Shown here one piece after another: positions 12,053-23,656 of a stretch of 64,000 nt of DNA. This DNA comes from Paraphysomonas bandaiensis (taxonomy: Eukaryota; Protista; Chrysophyceae). The stretch is from assembly GCA_965644295.1 (NCBI GenBank), contig CBFFRP010000296.1, positions 248,001-312,000 on the forward strand, written 5' to 3'. The translations under genes were made by a program, and so were the position numbers. The notes beneath the pieces were generated by a model, which made no database searches, was not told the origin of the DNA, and worked only from the letters and a program-made list of their open reading frames with translations. The number at the start of each line of letters is the position of its first letter. Within the stretch, counting starts at the first letter, position 1.

Positions 12053-14152
12053 TTACGACGCAGCTTTGTCGTTTACAGTCACGGTCATATCAAGTAAGCG
12101 AAAGAGTCTATTCCGCGGCGCCAATTTTAGTTTCGTTAACATACTCCTTGATATTATCTCCAGTCCAACATCCATCAAGTCATCCGCACAATAAATTCCA
12201 AGATCATTATGCAGTTTGATCATACTTTTATATTCACCATCTAATATATACTTTTCATCCTGTAAAATTGACCACGCAGTTTCATACTTCTCCGGACTCA
12301 TTTTCATCAACCAGTCAGTGCGAGGTTTACCCATCGGAGTCGTTGTCAATGAGAGCTGCGTCTCGAGGTGGGGCAATACAGTGCTTTGAGGTCGATTAAT
12401 GGCGGCAGATATCCTGACAATTTCTTTTTTGTCCATTGAGTGAAATACGAATATTTCGTTGCCCTTTTCAGGTCGTGGAATGTAAACGTGCATAACACTC
12501 ACATGTGGGTCACTCTCAATATGCCACCAATCAGGTCGATCCTCTGGCAATTCGGATATAAAATTTACGACGAACACATTAGAAAGGTTAAGTGCCTTTT
12601 TGTAAACAATTGCCTGGTCATTATAATGTTCCCAGAGTTCATTCCGGGACGAATTAGCAACCAATTCATATCCGTATCTACCCCCATTATTTGAAACAAA
12701 AATACTCATTCTTTTTCGACACCCCGAACATGCACTTCTTGCCTCGCTTGTCACACGCCAATTGATTTTTACAGCCATCTGCAGCAAAATACCATACAGC
12801 TGAAAATGGTATGCAAATTCAAACGGAATTCCATCTTTTCCTACGCTCGTCTCTTGAAACAGCAAGTTTCTGTCAAGAAAAGGCAAGCATTGTATTAGCG
12901 TATTGAGCATATGGAGTTCCCGAGTGTGAGAACCAATTAGCGTAATCGATAATGATATTCCCTCGGGAATAGTGCGAATATGTGTCACAAAAGTCGAATA
13001 TAAAGCCAATCGTAGCAGGGGAGCTGCAAACCGTATCGTCTGTTCTGAGCCAGTATTCACGCGAACAATTATTCCTTCTGTTTCCATATAATTTACTGCT
13101 TTGAAGTGATCGACGGAGAGACTAGAAGGATCAGAGATCGATTCCCCACTCAGAAGCGTGCGTGTAATTTCCCTTGCTAGTTCGACGTGTTTCCCAACAC
13201 GCAACAAACTAGCCTTAACGCATTCAACTACCGATGACTGAGCCACCTCGCCATACACAAGACTGCCGCATATATGCGCCACCCAACCGCCAATTGTAAT
13301 AGAATTTAAGCCATTCCTCTGAACCCACTCATTGAGTATTCGACCTAGTAGTGACGTAAACCCTGGGTGGCCATGAGTGCGCCCATATATATCATCGCAG
13401 TATTCCCTCATATCTTTAGAAAGTTGGGCCCCATATTCGTCAAACATCATTCTTACATCTGCAAGTACAGGTTGCTCGAGGCGAATGCACTGTGCTATAT
13501 TGAATGATGAAGATGTATTGGTATTTTCCGGAAGCGCTAACTCTGTGATATGAAAAACACCAATGCCCAGAATTCCACTGATTGCGTACGGTTTACTCGC
13601 ATCACAAGCATTTACTGTCTTTAGCATGCGAAAAGTAGACAGAATTTCGTTACGTTTACTTGAAAGTGATAATATCATATCAAACTCATCCATTACAATT
13701 ATAACTCGGCTGTCGAAATTCGGTGTCTCGAATGCTTTCAAGAAACTGTCGCTTGTCGAAAAGGGTGTATTGATCTTCGCAGAACAAACTGCATGCATTC
13801 TAGCATACAGAGACTCCCAAAACGACGCTTCGTTGATTCCTTGCAATGACACGCTTATCGGTAGAAAGCCTCTGTCCAGTAACAACGATACGATCGGCGC
13901 AATCAAACTAGTTTTCCCTGCCTGACGATGAGCATGAAGCAGTATGTAGGACTCAGCTTCCAGTTTCTGAGCAATATCATCACAAACATCACTGCGGTTG
14001 ATCGCATAGTGCTCCGCCGCATCTATCGGGCCTCCAACATGAAAAGATTTGATTGGATGGCGTTTGAAGTTAGCGTTTGTTCGTTGCCGATTTTTTTTCT
14101 TCTGTTTCGGCGTTAATTTGAAGCTGTCGGTTGATTCCATATACATATACAT
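12053..14152 (-). CDS. P-loop NTPase plus restriction-endonuclease-like domain (Crinkler-like architecture) with a possible C-terminal SAM-like domain; true start uncertain
   Basis: 699-aa intronless ORF; Walker A HAHRQAGKTS, Walker B VIIVMDEFD, RTHGHPG; REase-like EFAYHFQLY..VTSE..RMSI..YELVA; C-terminal LGIYCADDL..LKLAPRNRLFRLL. Confidence 0.65.
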   Translation of the reverse strand: MYMYMESTDSFKLTPKQKKKNRQRTNANFKRHPIKSFHVGGPIDAAEHYAINRSDVCDDIAQKLEAESYILLHAHRQAGKTSLIAPIVSLLLDRGFLPISVSLQGINEASFWESLYARMHAVCSAKINTPFSTSDSFLKAFETPNFDSRVIIVMDEFDMILSLSSKRNEILSTFRMLKTVNACDASKPYAISGILGIGVFHITELALPENTNTSSSFNIAQCIRLEQPVLADVRMMFDEYGAQLSKDMREYCDDIYGRTHGHPGFTSLLGRILNEWVQRNGLNSITIGGWVAHICGSLVYGEVAQSSVVECVKASLLRVGKHVELAREITRTLLSGESISDPSSLSVDHFKAVNYMETEGIIVRVNTGSEQTIRFAAPLLRLALYSTFVTHIRTIPEGISLSITLIGSHTRELHMLNTLIQCLPFLDRNLLFQETSVGKDGIPFEFAYHFQLYGILLQMAVKINWRVTSEARSACSGCRKRMSIFVSNNGGRYGYELVANSSRNELWEHYNDQAIVYKKALNLSNVFVVNFISELPEDRPDWWHIESDPHVSVMHVYIPRPEKGNEIFVFHSMDKKEIVRISAAINRPQSTVLPHLETQLSLTTTPMGKPRTDWLMKMSPEKYETAWSILQDEKYILDGEYKSMIKLHNDLGIYCADDLMDVGLEIISRSMLTKLKLAPRNRLFRLLDMTVTVNDKAAS

Positions 14153-14188
14153 ACATAGATATATATAGATATTAACATGAGCGGCGGA

Positions 14189-14296
14189 CAGCAGTCATCA
14201 GAGTTACAGCCCAGCAGTCATCAGAGCTACAGCCCAGCAGTCATCAGAGTTACAGCCCAGCAGTCATCAGAGCTACAGCCCAGCAGTCTCAGAGGT
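14189..14296 (+). repeat. 23-bp minisatellite, ~4.7 copies (cagcagtcatcagagYtacagcc)
   Basis: Directly visible; the T/C variant alternates, giving a 46-bp period. Confidence 0.95.
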
Positions 14297-15680
14297 CACT
14301 TCATTACTAGGAACATACAGCCATTTAAGTAGGAGGATTTTATTCAAACCTGATGAAAATGTCTAAACTGAAATGTCGTTTAAAGATACCTTTATCAAAA
14401 AATCCAAACACGTGTCCACAAGAGTGGACAACACATAACAGCAGTGAGTGTCAAGCATCAAGCAACAATACTTCAAGCTATATTACAAACCATTTGACGT
14501 AGTAACGTACGTCACGATGGAAGAGTTGTGCTTGGTAGTCCAAGACCAACACGAACGAAATATTCGTCATTCTTTAATGAAAGACTACTTGAGCCGCTAC
14601 CGAACAACGACAAGATTCATTAATGATATTCAGGGATTGCGTGAAGTGGCTCTGGATAGGAAGGAAACACACTACACTAGTCAAAGATGTTATTTAACTG
14701 AAACTTCAGATGTCAGTACAGTCAGCTCATCTTGTTCGCTAAAACAACATACATTAACTAAACCCTGCTGAAAATAAAGTGCCAATTACTGCAAAATATA
14801 AGTCTACCCTAAACTGGTGACATTGTTGCGATCGTTCTGACATGACATAATTGCTTCCCAAGGCCAAAGCGGAAGCCCAAGGAAGACATAGCTGACAAGA
14901 AGAGAGCTGATATTGTGCGACAGAATGAAGAAAAAGAGGCTGCAATCTCAATGGATACTTCGAAATTAATAAGACCCTGTCTACTATTAGAAGTGGTTGA
15001 CATTTAACTCAGCAAGTTTTTATGTAGTCGTGCATGTCACGCATACTGCACTAATGAATTCAATGATTTTTTAACTACGTTGTTGCGTGTACCTTGAATA
15101 CGAATCAAGATATGGTTGTGGAGTAGTCGCGAGTTACTGAATTTGAAACGATTGTGAGGTACTGTTTATACCAAATAAACGTCTCTCAATAGGGTTTGAT
15201 TCCAGATTCATGTACAAAAAAGGGTAGCTACAATAACGTAAATATAAATGCACATAATCCGTAATACATTTGTGATGTTACTATATATTATATATAATAC
15301 TTAGAACATATGATCACCACAAGTCGATGTGGTGTGATTGAAGTTTAATGATCACTAATATTTATTGAAATACAACTACTACGAATAGAATTAGGTGGGC
15401 TCATATGACTTGCTAATTTCCGACTGCTAATACTAATACAATAGATACAATAGCCGTTTTTACCCAACTGGGTGTAGGAATTCCATTTTGCACTATGTAC
15501 GAAGTATATACTAAACACATGGCACACACATTTATAAACACCAACACACATATTATTATCGACATATTTTGTGCATGTCATGGGACTAGAGTTTTACAAC
15601 ACAACTATTTATATGCGCAGCATCTTCCCTATACGATAATCTATTCTAACGAAACGTGTTTCTCTAATAATTTCTACCAA

Positions 15681-17222
15681 TCATGATTTTTTAATTTCTA
15701 CGGCAAATATATTGCATGATTTTGTCGCGTATGTACCAATTATCCTCTTCTCACAACACGATTCGCAGGGGAAAAGCGTACCTTGAGTAAATTCCCTGGA
15801 CTCAAAATCGGTTCCACCAGAATAGTAAGATTTCACAGATGATAAAAATAATTCTAGTGCAGTACTGGGAGTGTACCCATAAGACGATGTGATATTAGTA
15901 AATAGCCCTGAATCGCTGTTAGTAACTGTGTGATGGTAACAAGAATCAATGTACAGGAAGAATGGAATTGACGACACGGCTCTATGTAGCTCCGCTGTCA
16001 TGTTGGCCCCAAAAAGATTTACTTCATTGGTCCAGAAGTCCGACGAAGTCAGATTCGAAAAGTATATTGGTGCACCGAGAATACGGTGTAGCTGCCAGGA
16101 GTCATAAATAGACTGCGCAATACAAGTGTGAGAAAACACTTCCACAAAGTATAATGCAATATATACTATATCATGTAATACTTTCGGTACAAGAATAAAA
16201 CTACAGAATTAGTATACGCATGCACCACTTGATAACCTGGATGATAAATAAAGGCGAAGTCACATATGGTAAAGCCTGAACAGGAAGCATGCATGTGGAG
16301 GGATCATCTATATGGGCATTCGTACATGATTCCAATAGGGACCTTGCCTCAGAGACACCCATTAAATCATAAACACCCCGTAATAAACTAGGAAACTCGC
16401 CGTTAAATCTAGGGTTACCGTAAGAGTATCCATAAAAGTCCATAAAGAAAGACGAGTCTATCAATCCTGATATAGAAAAGACATTCCTCATGGAATAACT
16501 ACGGATCTTTCGTGCGATTAAATCGATACTGTGAATAACAGACAACCCTGAAACATACGCTTAAAAAACGTTTTGGGTGTATATTTTGACTACGCTAGAA
16601 TGATCAAGTTGTATATACATATATACTTCAATATACAAAAACAAAGCAGGACTACCTCCTGCAGAAACGCCAGATACAACAACTTCTTCAGCACTACCTA
16701 AGCCATGAAGATGAATCAGCTCATCCAACACGCTTCGTAGAATCTTTGATCCCCGAAAATATAAAGTTCTATCCTGTAACAATGTGACCCCATCTATAAA
16801 GTATTGAATAAAACTACCTCATATACTCGGTCAGCCATCCCCAGAAACGAACCGCCATCACAATACTTCACAATCACAACGTTGAAATCATGCAACCCAG
16901 GATTTTCACTCGCATCTCGAGAGAAATACGCCGTACTATATTTGAATTCATTTCCACATTCAGGATACTGCGAAGAACTGCCCAGAGAATTACCGGCGCG
17001 GTACTTGCACTCATACAATGAGAAGCACCATCCACCACCTTCAAAATGAATATGCCATTTGTGCTTACCAGCAACACTTTGCCGCACATAATACGATGCA
17101 GGCGTACCGTCCATGCACTTAGCCTCAGTGTCACTCACAGTATATTTCGGAAACTCACATATGTCTCCTTTTGAGAAAACTAACGCACAAAACAACAACA
17201 ACAAACGAGTACTAATCTTCAT
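15681..17222 (-). CDS. Pectin acetylesterase/Notum-family secreted esterase; exons 17222-16818, 16773-16656, 16547-16237, 16112-15681
   Basis: Signal peptide; CMDGTPASYY, FEGGGWC, YCDGGSF, YFRG, GVSAGG nucleophile motif, YDSWQL and DSCYHH. Confidence 0.9.
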
Positions 17223-17727
17223 AACTATTGCTCACAAACACGTATCTCAGTATGATTCAATCTTTCTCTTATTGAATGATACGAACCAGTCAATGTGGAA
17301 CTGCTATTAGTACTGATCGATCTTGTTCTTTGCTGATATCATACCCATAGCGAGATGGCGGTATACTTTGGAATAGTTGGCTTCACAGGTGGTTAAACTT
17401 GACATGCGTATTGCTTTGAGATGGCAATGTGACTATTGCCCCACACTGTTCCTCATGTTGTAACCTCCATGCACCAAACGGTTCACAAGTACAAGTGGTG
17501 TGGGTGCAGTGGAGTCTGCCTGGTATACCATACCGCATACATACATATCCATATACAGGCACAGGCATGCATTGTCGTCCATGCTGTCCATGGTACAGTC
17601 AAGGGTCAGGTGATGGTATACGCTGTATTCCACTGTATACCGGTGGATCTGAATCATCACTCGGACTCGAGGTCGGACACTTTACACAATCAACACTATC
17701 AACGAAGCCAGCATCTCTTCCCCAGTA

Positions 17728-20036
17728 ATGCATCGCTGGAGATTCATCCGGCATAATGTGCTGTCAATACTCCCCCCTCCCTCCCGATACCCAGCTATAA
17801 GACGGTGTGCTTCTCACACACCCCAATTTCCCAATAATGACTACATAAACGATCTTAAGGCCGAATACACGAAGCCTTTACTTAACTTAAACGAGTTCCT
17901 TATAGAGCGACACCATCAGGACTCAACTGCCTTTCTTTTGGACAAAAACGGCAAGGTTGAGGAATTCACTTATGCGGATCTCGATGCATACGCTAACCAT
18001 TTAGCTTCTATACTACAACAAACTGGAGTCCAGACCGGCTCTCGAGTTGCTGTGTTGTTACCGAAGAGCTTTGAAGTTGTAGTGACCGCTCTGGCTGTAT
18101 GGAGACTTGGAGCGACTTATGTCCCTCTATTTACAGCCTTTGGATCGGAGGCTATACACGTGCGTATCAAAGATGCCGCCATTACTGTTATGATTACAGA
18201 TGAACTGAATCGACCCAAGCTAAATCATTTATCTTCTCTTGCTGGAGTTAACATCATGACAGTGTTTTCTTCGAGTAATACATCCAGAGAGGCCTTTGGT
18301 AGTGACGTACCATTCCCCACACAGTTAGAGTTACAACACGCAAGAGAATCAGTATCACTACGACCGCAGTGCGCAGCTGCAGTTGCTCCAGAAGACCCCA
18401 TAGTGATGCTATACACGAGTGGAACTACTGGTATACCTAAAGGTGATGCATGCCCTGTGCAGTATACATTGCGTATGATACATTGCCGTACACTGTATTG
18501 TATGGAGCACAGTATAACAGACCCATATAGGAGTACTGGTCCCAGCATTTGCTCTGGCATCCTTTCAGGTTTGTATATATGTATTTGTACATGGGAGGGT
18601 GTGACTATTGGATACTTTGTCATCTGTCCACGAATACATATGGATAAGTGTGAATATTGCTAGTAGGTGTATATGGAGCTTGGCCTTGGCCTACAATGTG
18701 ACGTTGGTAGTTATGTATCGAGTCGACCACCCTTCGTATGCACTACCAATCAACGGTATCTTTCCATGGCGGACCCTGCGTGGGCGTATGGACTGTACTA
18801 TAATCTCATTGGCCCACTTTTAATTGGAGTACCATTCACTTATCTCGCTGGGGGCTTCACTGCCCAGAGAGCTCTGCGTGCCTTACGAGAGCACCGCATT
18901 ACACATTTCGCCGCAGCTCCTTCTGCATATAGGGCGCTACGAGCATACAAACCCGATAATGATGATGACCTTGCAGAGATATGGGAAGAGTTAAAGCACC
19001 ACCTGGTAGCATGTTCTTCTGCAGGAGAACCACTCAATCCTGAAATAAATGAGTGGTTTTCTGGGTGTATGGGAGGGCGAGTAATTGGGGATCATTTTGG
19101 CCAGAGTGAAGTTGGTATGGTATGCAACTGGCATTGGGGTGATGCCCTGGTCGATTCCACATTGCTGGACACGCCAAAACCTTTGCCGTGGACTCTTCCG
19201 GGTAGCATGGGGCGCAGTATGAACGGAATTCGATGTGTCGTATTGGGTTCAGAAGATAGTCCTGATAGCGAATCGAAAACACTGAATACTTCTAGTTTAA
19301 CCGAACTTGACACAAATATTGTTGGGAATCTTGCTATTGACACACATAACAGCCCACTGATGTGGTTTCGTGGGTACTGGAACAATCCGACGAAGACATC
19401 AGCTTGTACGAGTCCCTGTGGTAGGTACTACCTGACTGGAGACAGTGCGTACAGGACAACTCGCATCTCTCCAGTTACTAAAGAAAGTGAAGATATATTT
19501 TGGTATTCAAGTCGAAATGACGATATAATTAAAACTTCAGGGTATAGAATAGGTCCTTTTGAAGTTGAAAGTTGTCTTTTGGGAGACGAAAGAGTCGTGG
19601 AGGTGGCTGTCACTGGAATTCCAGATCCACAGGATCTGCGAGGGGAGGTGCGCATTGTTGTATTGTTTTTTATTATCAGATGGTGTATTTGTGTCATTAT
19701 TGAAAATGGCCCTAAAATATTTGTGTGCACTTGATGCTGTGTATTGATTTCTTACCTCGATAGTATTAATATTGGTTTGATATTATGACAATGACGTGTT
19801 TGAGTCCTCCCTGTAATATCCTTTTCTGTCAGATCATTGCGGCGTTTATTGTGTTATGTCCTACCGCGTCACCTTCCGAATCTCTTTCCTCCCTGCTTCA
19901 GGAGATCGTCAGTAAAAGACTTGGAAAACACTGCTTTCCACGGAAAATATATTTCGTAGATTCTCTACCTAAGACTCCATCAGGAAAGATACAACGATAC
20001 TTGCTGCGAGAGCAAGTCAAAAGCGGCGTTCTATAA
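17728..20036 (+). CDS. Acyl-CoA synthetase (AMP-forming, AcsA-like) with a probable mitochondrial presequence; exons ~17728-18442, 18531-18568, 18667-19648, 19833-20036
   Basis: YTSGTTGIPKG, ADPAWAYGLY, SAGEPLNPE, FGQSE, YLTGD, RNDDIIKTSGYRIGPFEVES and LPKTPSGKIQR motifs. Confidence 0.92.
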
Positions 20037-20252
20037 GCACATTAATTTTGCGTTGTTGAGTGGTATAATCTCATATTGCGATTCTTACTGTGTATTTCTT
20101 ACTTTCCGTATTATCTGCAATTCTAGTTTTTATCATCTGCATTTAAGTGTTTCTGTATGACTTCATTGGGACGTATGCTTCATATATCAGAATTGTTATT
20201 TTGTAGGTTTGTGTGGACCTATAAACCATTCAGTGCTATTTCTTTCACCGAT

Positions 20253-20490
20253 CCATTGGAGATATCTATTCTGTACGAAACACATGACACTTTACGATTA
20301 GGGTTAAATTAAGCTAGTAACTATTAAATTATCAGTATACTGTTAGGCTGTTAGTTATAGTGGAAACGAAACCATTGGAGATATCTATTTTGTACGAAAC
20401 ACATGACACGTTACGATTAGGGTTAATTTAAGCTAGTAACTATTAACTTATCAGTATACTGTTAGGCTGTTAGTTATAGTGGAAACGAAA
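20253..20490 (+). repeat. 119-bp tandem duplication (2 copies)
   Basis: 20253-20371 and 20372-20490 differ at only about 4 positions. Confidence 0.95.
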
Positions 20491-21675
20491 CCTATCCCAT
20501 GTATTACAGTGGAAAACTAATCACCAAGAACCACGCCGAAACTCAAAATAATACTGCGATACATGAGTCTCTACTTATCCTATGCTAGTGGTATCCTGTG
20601 TGTAACTTTGCGGTTGTAGTTTAGGGCCAGTATTATAGTCTTAAAGAATTATTTGCATAATTATCAAATTAACTCTAACAATAGCACATGAAATAAATGC
20701 CCACACTTTGTAGCTTAGGAGTCCGAATTTACATGGTGTAATTTGAATGAACTGGATTGAATTTATATCATAAATTTAATCACCAAAATTCTTGAGTTCT
20801 CTATCGATCGACGCCTACCACTGGGGGTAAGTGGGATATCAGCACTTCGTCTTGAATATGAAGACGAAGAGTTCTTCCAGGTCTTAACCAAAGCACTGAG
20901 ACAAGAATAAAGTAAGTTGACCCAATTGTCCAGTATTTTCTTGTGATGTTGCCAGTTCAATATCGGAAAGAACTATTGCAACGGCCTGACTACAGTTTGA
21001 TTAGGACTGACAGTCTCATCACACGTATCATACAAAAGAATTGAATGAAGGCTTTTCGTTTAGCTCTAATGTACACGCTGCACTCTATATATGATAACGA
21101 TGATATGATATGTAGAGTTGTGTGTACTTCATATCCGGATATCCATATTTGATGCAATGATGCAGATAGAGCAGCATATGCCCGAATGGTGCGCTAGGAT
21201 GTCCATCATAGCATCGTACTGCAAACTGCACATAGCGGAGATACGGACACATGGGTTGATGGGACAAAATTGTGAGTTGAATGCGATAAACATACATCTC
21301 GCTGTAGCCAATCATAGTGCTTATTTCTTATACCATTGGTAGGTTATAACCAACAAAATCTCCTTATCCACGTAGCCCGTTCATTTCTCACTAATATCCT
21401 ACTGCAACCACACGACGTACCCGTGCCCGGATCACTACCCGCTAACATACATACTCATGACTTGCTTCATTCCATCGTGTGTGTTGAACTTCCCACATCC
21501 CACTGGACTCTTCGAGTGTGCGTCATCCACCTCTCGCGTCAATCCCTAATCACTGATAGTGCCTGCATCATATACATACACACACACACACACATCATAA
21601 ATATCTCCCTGTTCATCGAATAACAGACACCCTCAACTACACAGAGTCCAATTCCAATCCACCTGTCTACGAACC

Positions 21676-23070
21676 ATGGGTGCTGCATCATCCCTGCAAG
21701 AAGCTCTGCCTGAGAAACTAACAAAAGATCAGCTTGAACAGATATGTTCACACCGATACAAAGACGACTTCTTTGAGTCCGTTAAAGACGAAAGAGATCT
21801 TGTTGATAGAGAGAAGTTCATAGCGGTTACATCCAGTCAACAGGAGAAGGAAGTCTTCAAGTTGTTTATGTCGTATTCAGTGTCCGGTCGAATGGACGGC
21901 AGACAGTTTCGTCGATTATGTCGAGACTCGAAACTGTTTAAGAAGAATAACTTTACTGTCGCTGATGCGGATGTTATCTTTGAGAAAGCGAAGGCGGAGA
22001 ACAATCACAGTAAGGCGAATACTCTTCATAAAACTGTGAACTTCCACAAGTTCCGCTACACGATGGTTCCGGAGATTGCTAATAGGAAGAATATCCCTGT
22101 CGATAAGGTGATTTATAAACTCTCTTTGGCGGAAGAAACTCAAGTGTCTCGTATTTCGGGCTCTTTCTGCGGTACATCACTGCCCACAGAACCAATGCTT
22201 GGAAAAGACGAGAACGAATTATCTGTAAACGAACATGTGGCGGCAATTCGACTTCAGACAAAGCAACGGCAGAAGCAAGCCAAACGCGAGGTTGATGCGA
22301 TGAGGGAGGCTAAAAAGGCTGTGGAAGAAGATAAGAGCGAAAACTATCTGGATGCTGTTGAAGATCCTAGTAGTGCGGAAGAAGTTAAGCTTCACGATTT
22401 GTTTGATATGCAATTGAGGGACTCCGAAAACCCAGGTGAGATGGATGGAAAGGAATTCATCCATCTGCTATACGACTGCGAGGTGACCAACGAAAAAACT
22501 TTTACGCGTAAGGATGCTGGAAGGGCTTTCCTCCTTACGAAGGCGCGTGCCTCGTCTAAGTCAATGCCCGAAGATATAAAACGGGGTGTTGTGGTGGACA
22601 AGCGAATAACTTATACTGTTTTTCGTCGAGTGGCCTTGCGGTGCGTTGCTGAGAAGCTATCGAAGACTACTCCAGAAGTTATTGCCAAGTTACTGGCCAT
22701 GCATGCAAAGGACTACGTTGACCCTCAGCCAGATGAATCTCTGCCCATGGAGCAAGAGTTGAATAAGCTGTTCTACAGCTGCTTTTTGCCAGAGGATGAG
22801 CACTATGGAGAGATGGACTCTGATACATTCGTCAATATATGTGTAGATAATGAAGTAATATGTGGGGATCAATTTACTGCTAAAGATGCAGCTGCTGTTT
22901 TCCACCAGGTGCTATCACTATCAAAAAAGGCAACTATACCAGACGCGATTAAAATAGGTGTCATTCACATGAAGCGCATCAATTACACTGTTTTCAGAAG
23001 ATTGGCAATTCCATGTATTGCACAAAAGCGGCACCGCAGTTCTTCCGAAATTATTGAGTTATTTCTCTAA
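21676..23070 (+). CDS. Multi-p25alpha (TPPP-like) protein with an IQ-like motif and N-myristoylation signal
   Basis: MGAASS start; three units resembling MDG..F..LC.D.......FT..DA..IF; AAIRLQTKQRQKQAKR IQ-like segment; intronless 464 aa. Confidence 0.72.
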   Translation: MGAASSLQEALPEKLTKDQLEQICSHRYKDDFFESVKDERDLVDREKFIAVTSSQQEKEVFKLFMSYSVSGRMDGRQFRRLCRDSKLFKKNNFTVADADVIFEKAKAENNHSKANTLHKTVNFHKFRYTMVPEIANRKNIPVDKVIYKLSLAEETQVSRISGSFCGTSLPTEPMLGKDENELSVNEHVAAIRLQTKQRQKQAKREVDAMREAKKAVEEDKSENYLDAVEDPSSAEEVKLHDLFDMQLRDSENPGEMDGKEFIHLLYDCEVTNEKTFTRKDAGRAFLLTKARASSKSMPEDIKRGVVVDKRITYTVFRRVALRCVAEKLSKTTPEVIAKLLAMHAKDYVDPQPDESLPMEQELNKLFYSCFLPEDEHYGEMDSDTFVNICVDNEVICGDQFTAKDAAAVFHQVLSLSKKATIPDAIKIGVIHMKRINYTVFRRLAIPCIAQKRHRSSSEIIELFL

Positions 23071-23547
23071 CCGTATCTATATGAAATTAGGCACAAAATT
23101 TCAAGTGTATTGAACGATACACTATATATAGTAGCATTATGTGGAATGAATCAGCGCTTTTATATGTTTGATGTATTGTTCTTGTAGATAGAACAATGAT
23201 GACAGTGAATATTATCTATAGCGGTTTTCTATTTGGGAAAGTGCTCTGCACAATGATTTAAATATACTGACAACTGAGTATAACCCCGATAATTACCGTT
23301 TAATATTAAAACCCTTATTATGCTGAATATCTAGTCTTTTATCGACAGCTGCCAACAAAGTAGCGACGTATTTTTCATATGTTTCTTGAAAGATCTGTAT
23401 TAAAGTATGGTAAAGATCACTTCATTCTGCATGTATTATGTATAGGTACCTGCAAAGTTATGTTAGAGAAGTGTGATAAAATCATGGCTTCCAAGTATGC
23501 TTCTTACCCCAAGAATCACTTTTTCACATATTATTATCGACGGTATA

Positions 23548-23656
23548 TGTTGAGTTCTGCTATATGAGAGCAATCGAAAGCTGCAGTTATAAGGTATGTA
23601 AATTACAGTAGTATACAGTTGTAGTATTTTAATCGTGCTTCGAGAATGATTGACGT
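23548..23656 (+). mobile_element. LTR-A, 5' part (interrupted by the copia element)
   Basis: Matches 4046-~4150. Confidence 0.75.

Noticed and set aside
14189-14296. Possible CRISPR-like array (also the 28-bp repeats in the gypsy LTRs)
   Set aside because: Repeats are head-to-tail with no unique spacers, there are no cas genes, and the context is eukaryotic.
14448-15130. Short ORFs or a possible gene remnant
   Set aside because: No recognisable motif or splice model.
20700-21340. Possible decayed coding sequence
   Set aside because: Multiple stops and no family I can identify.
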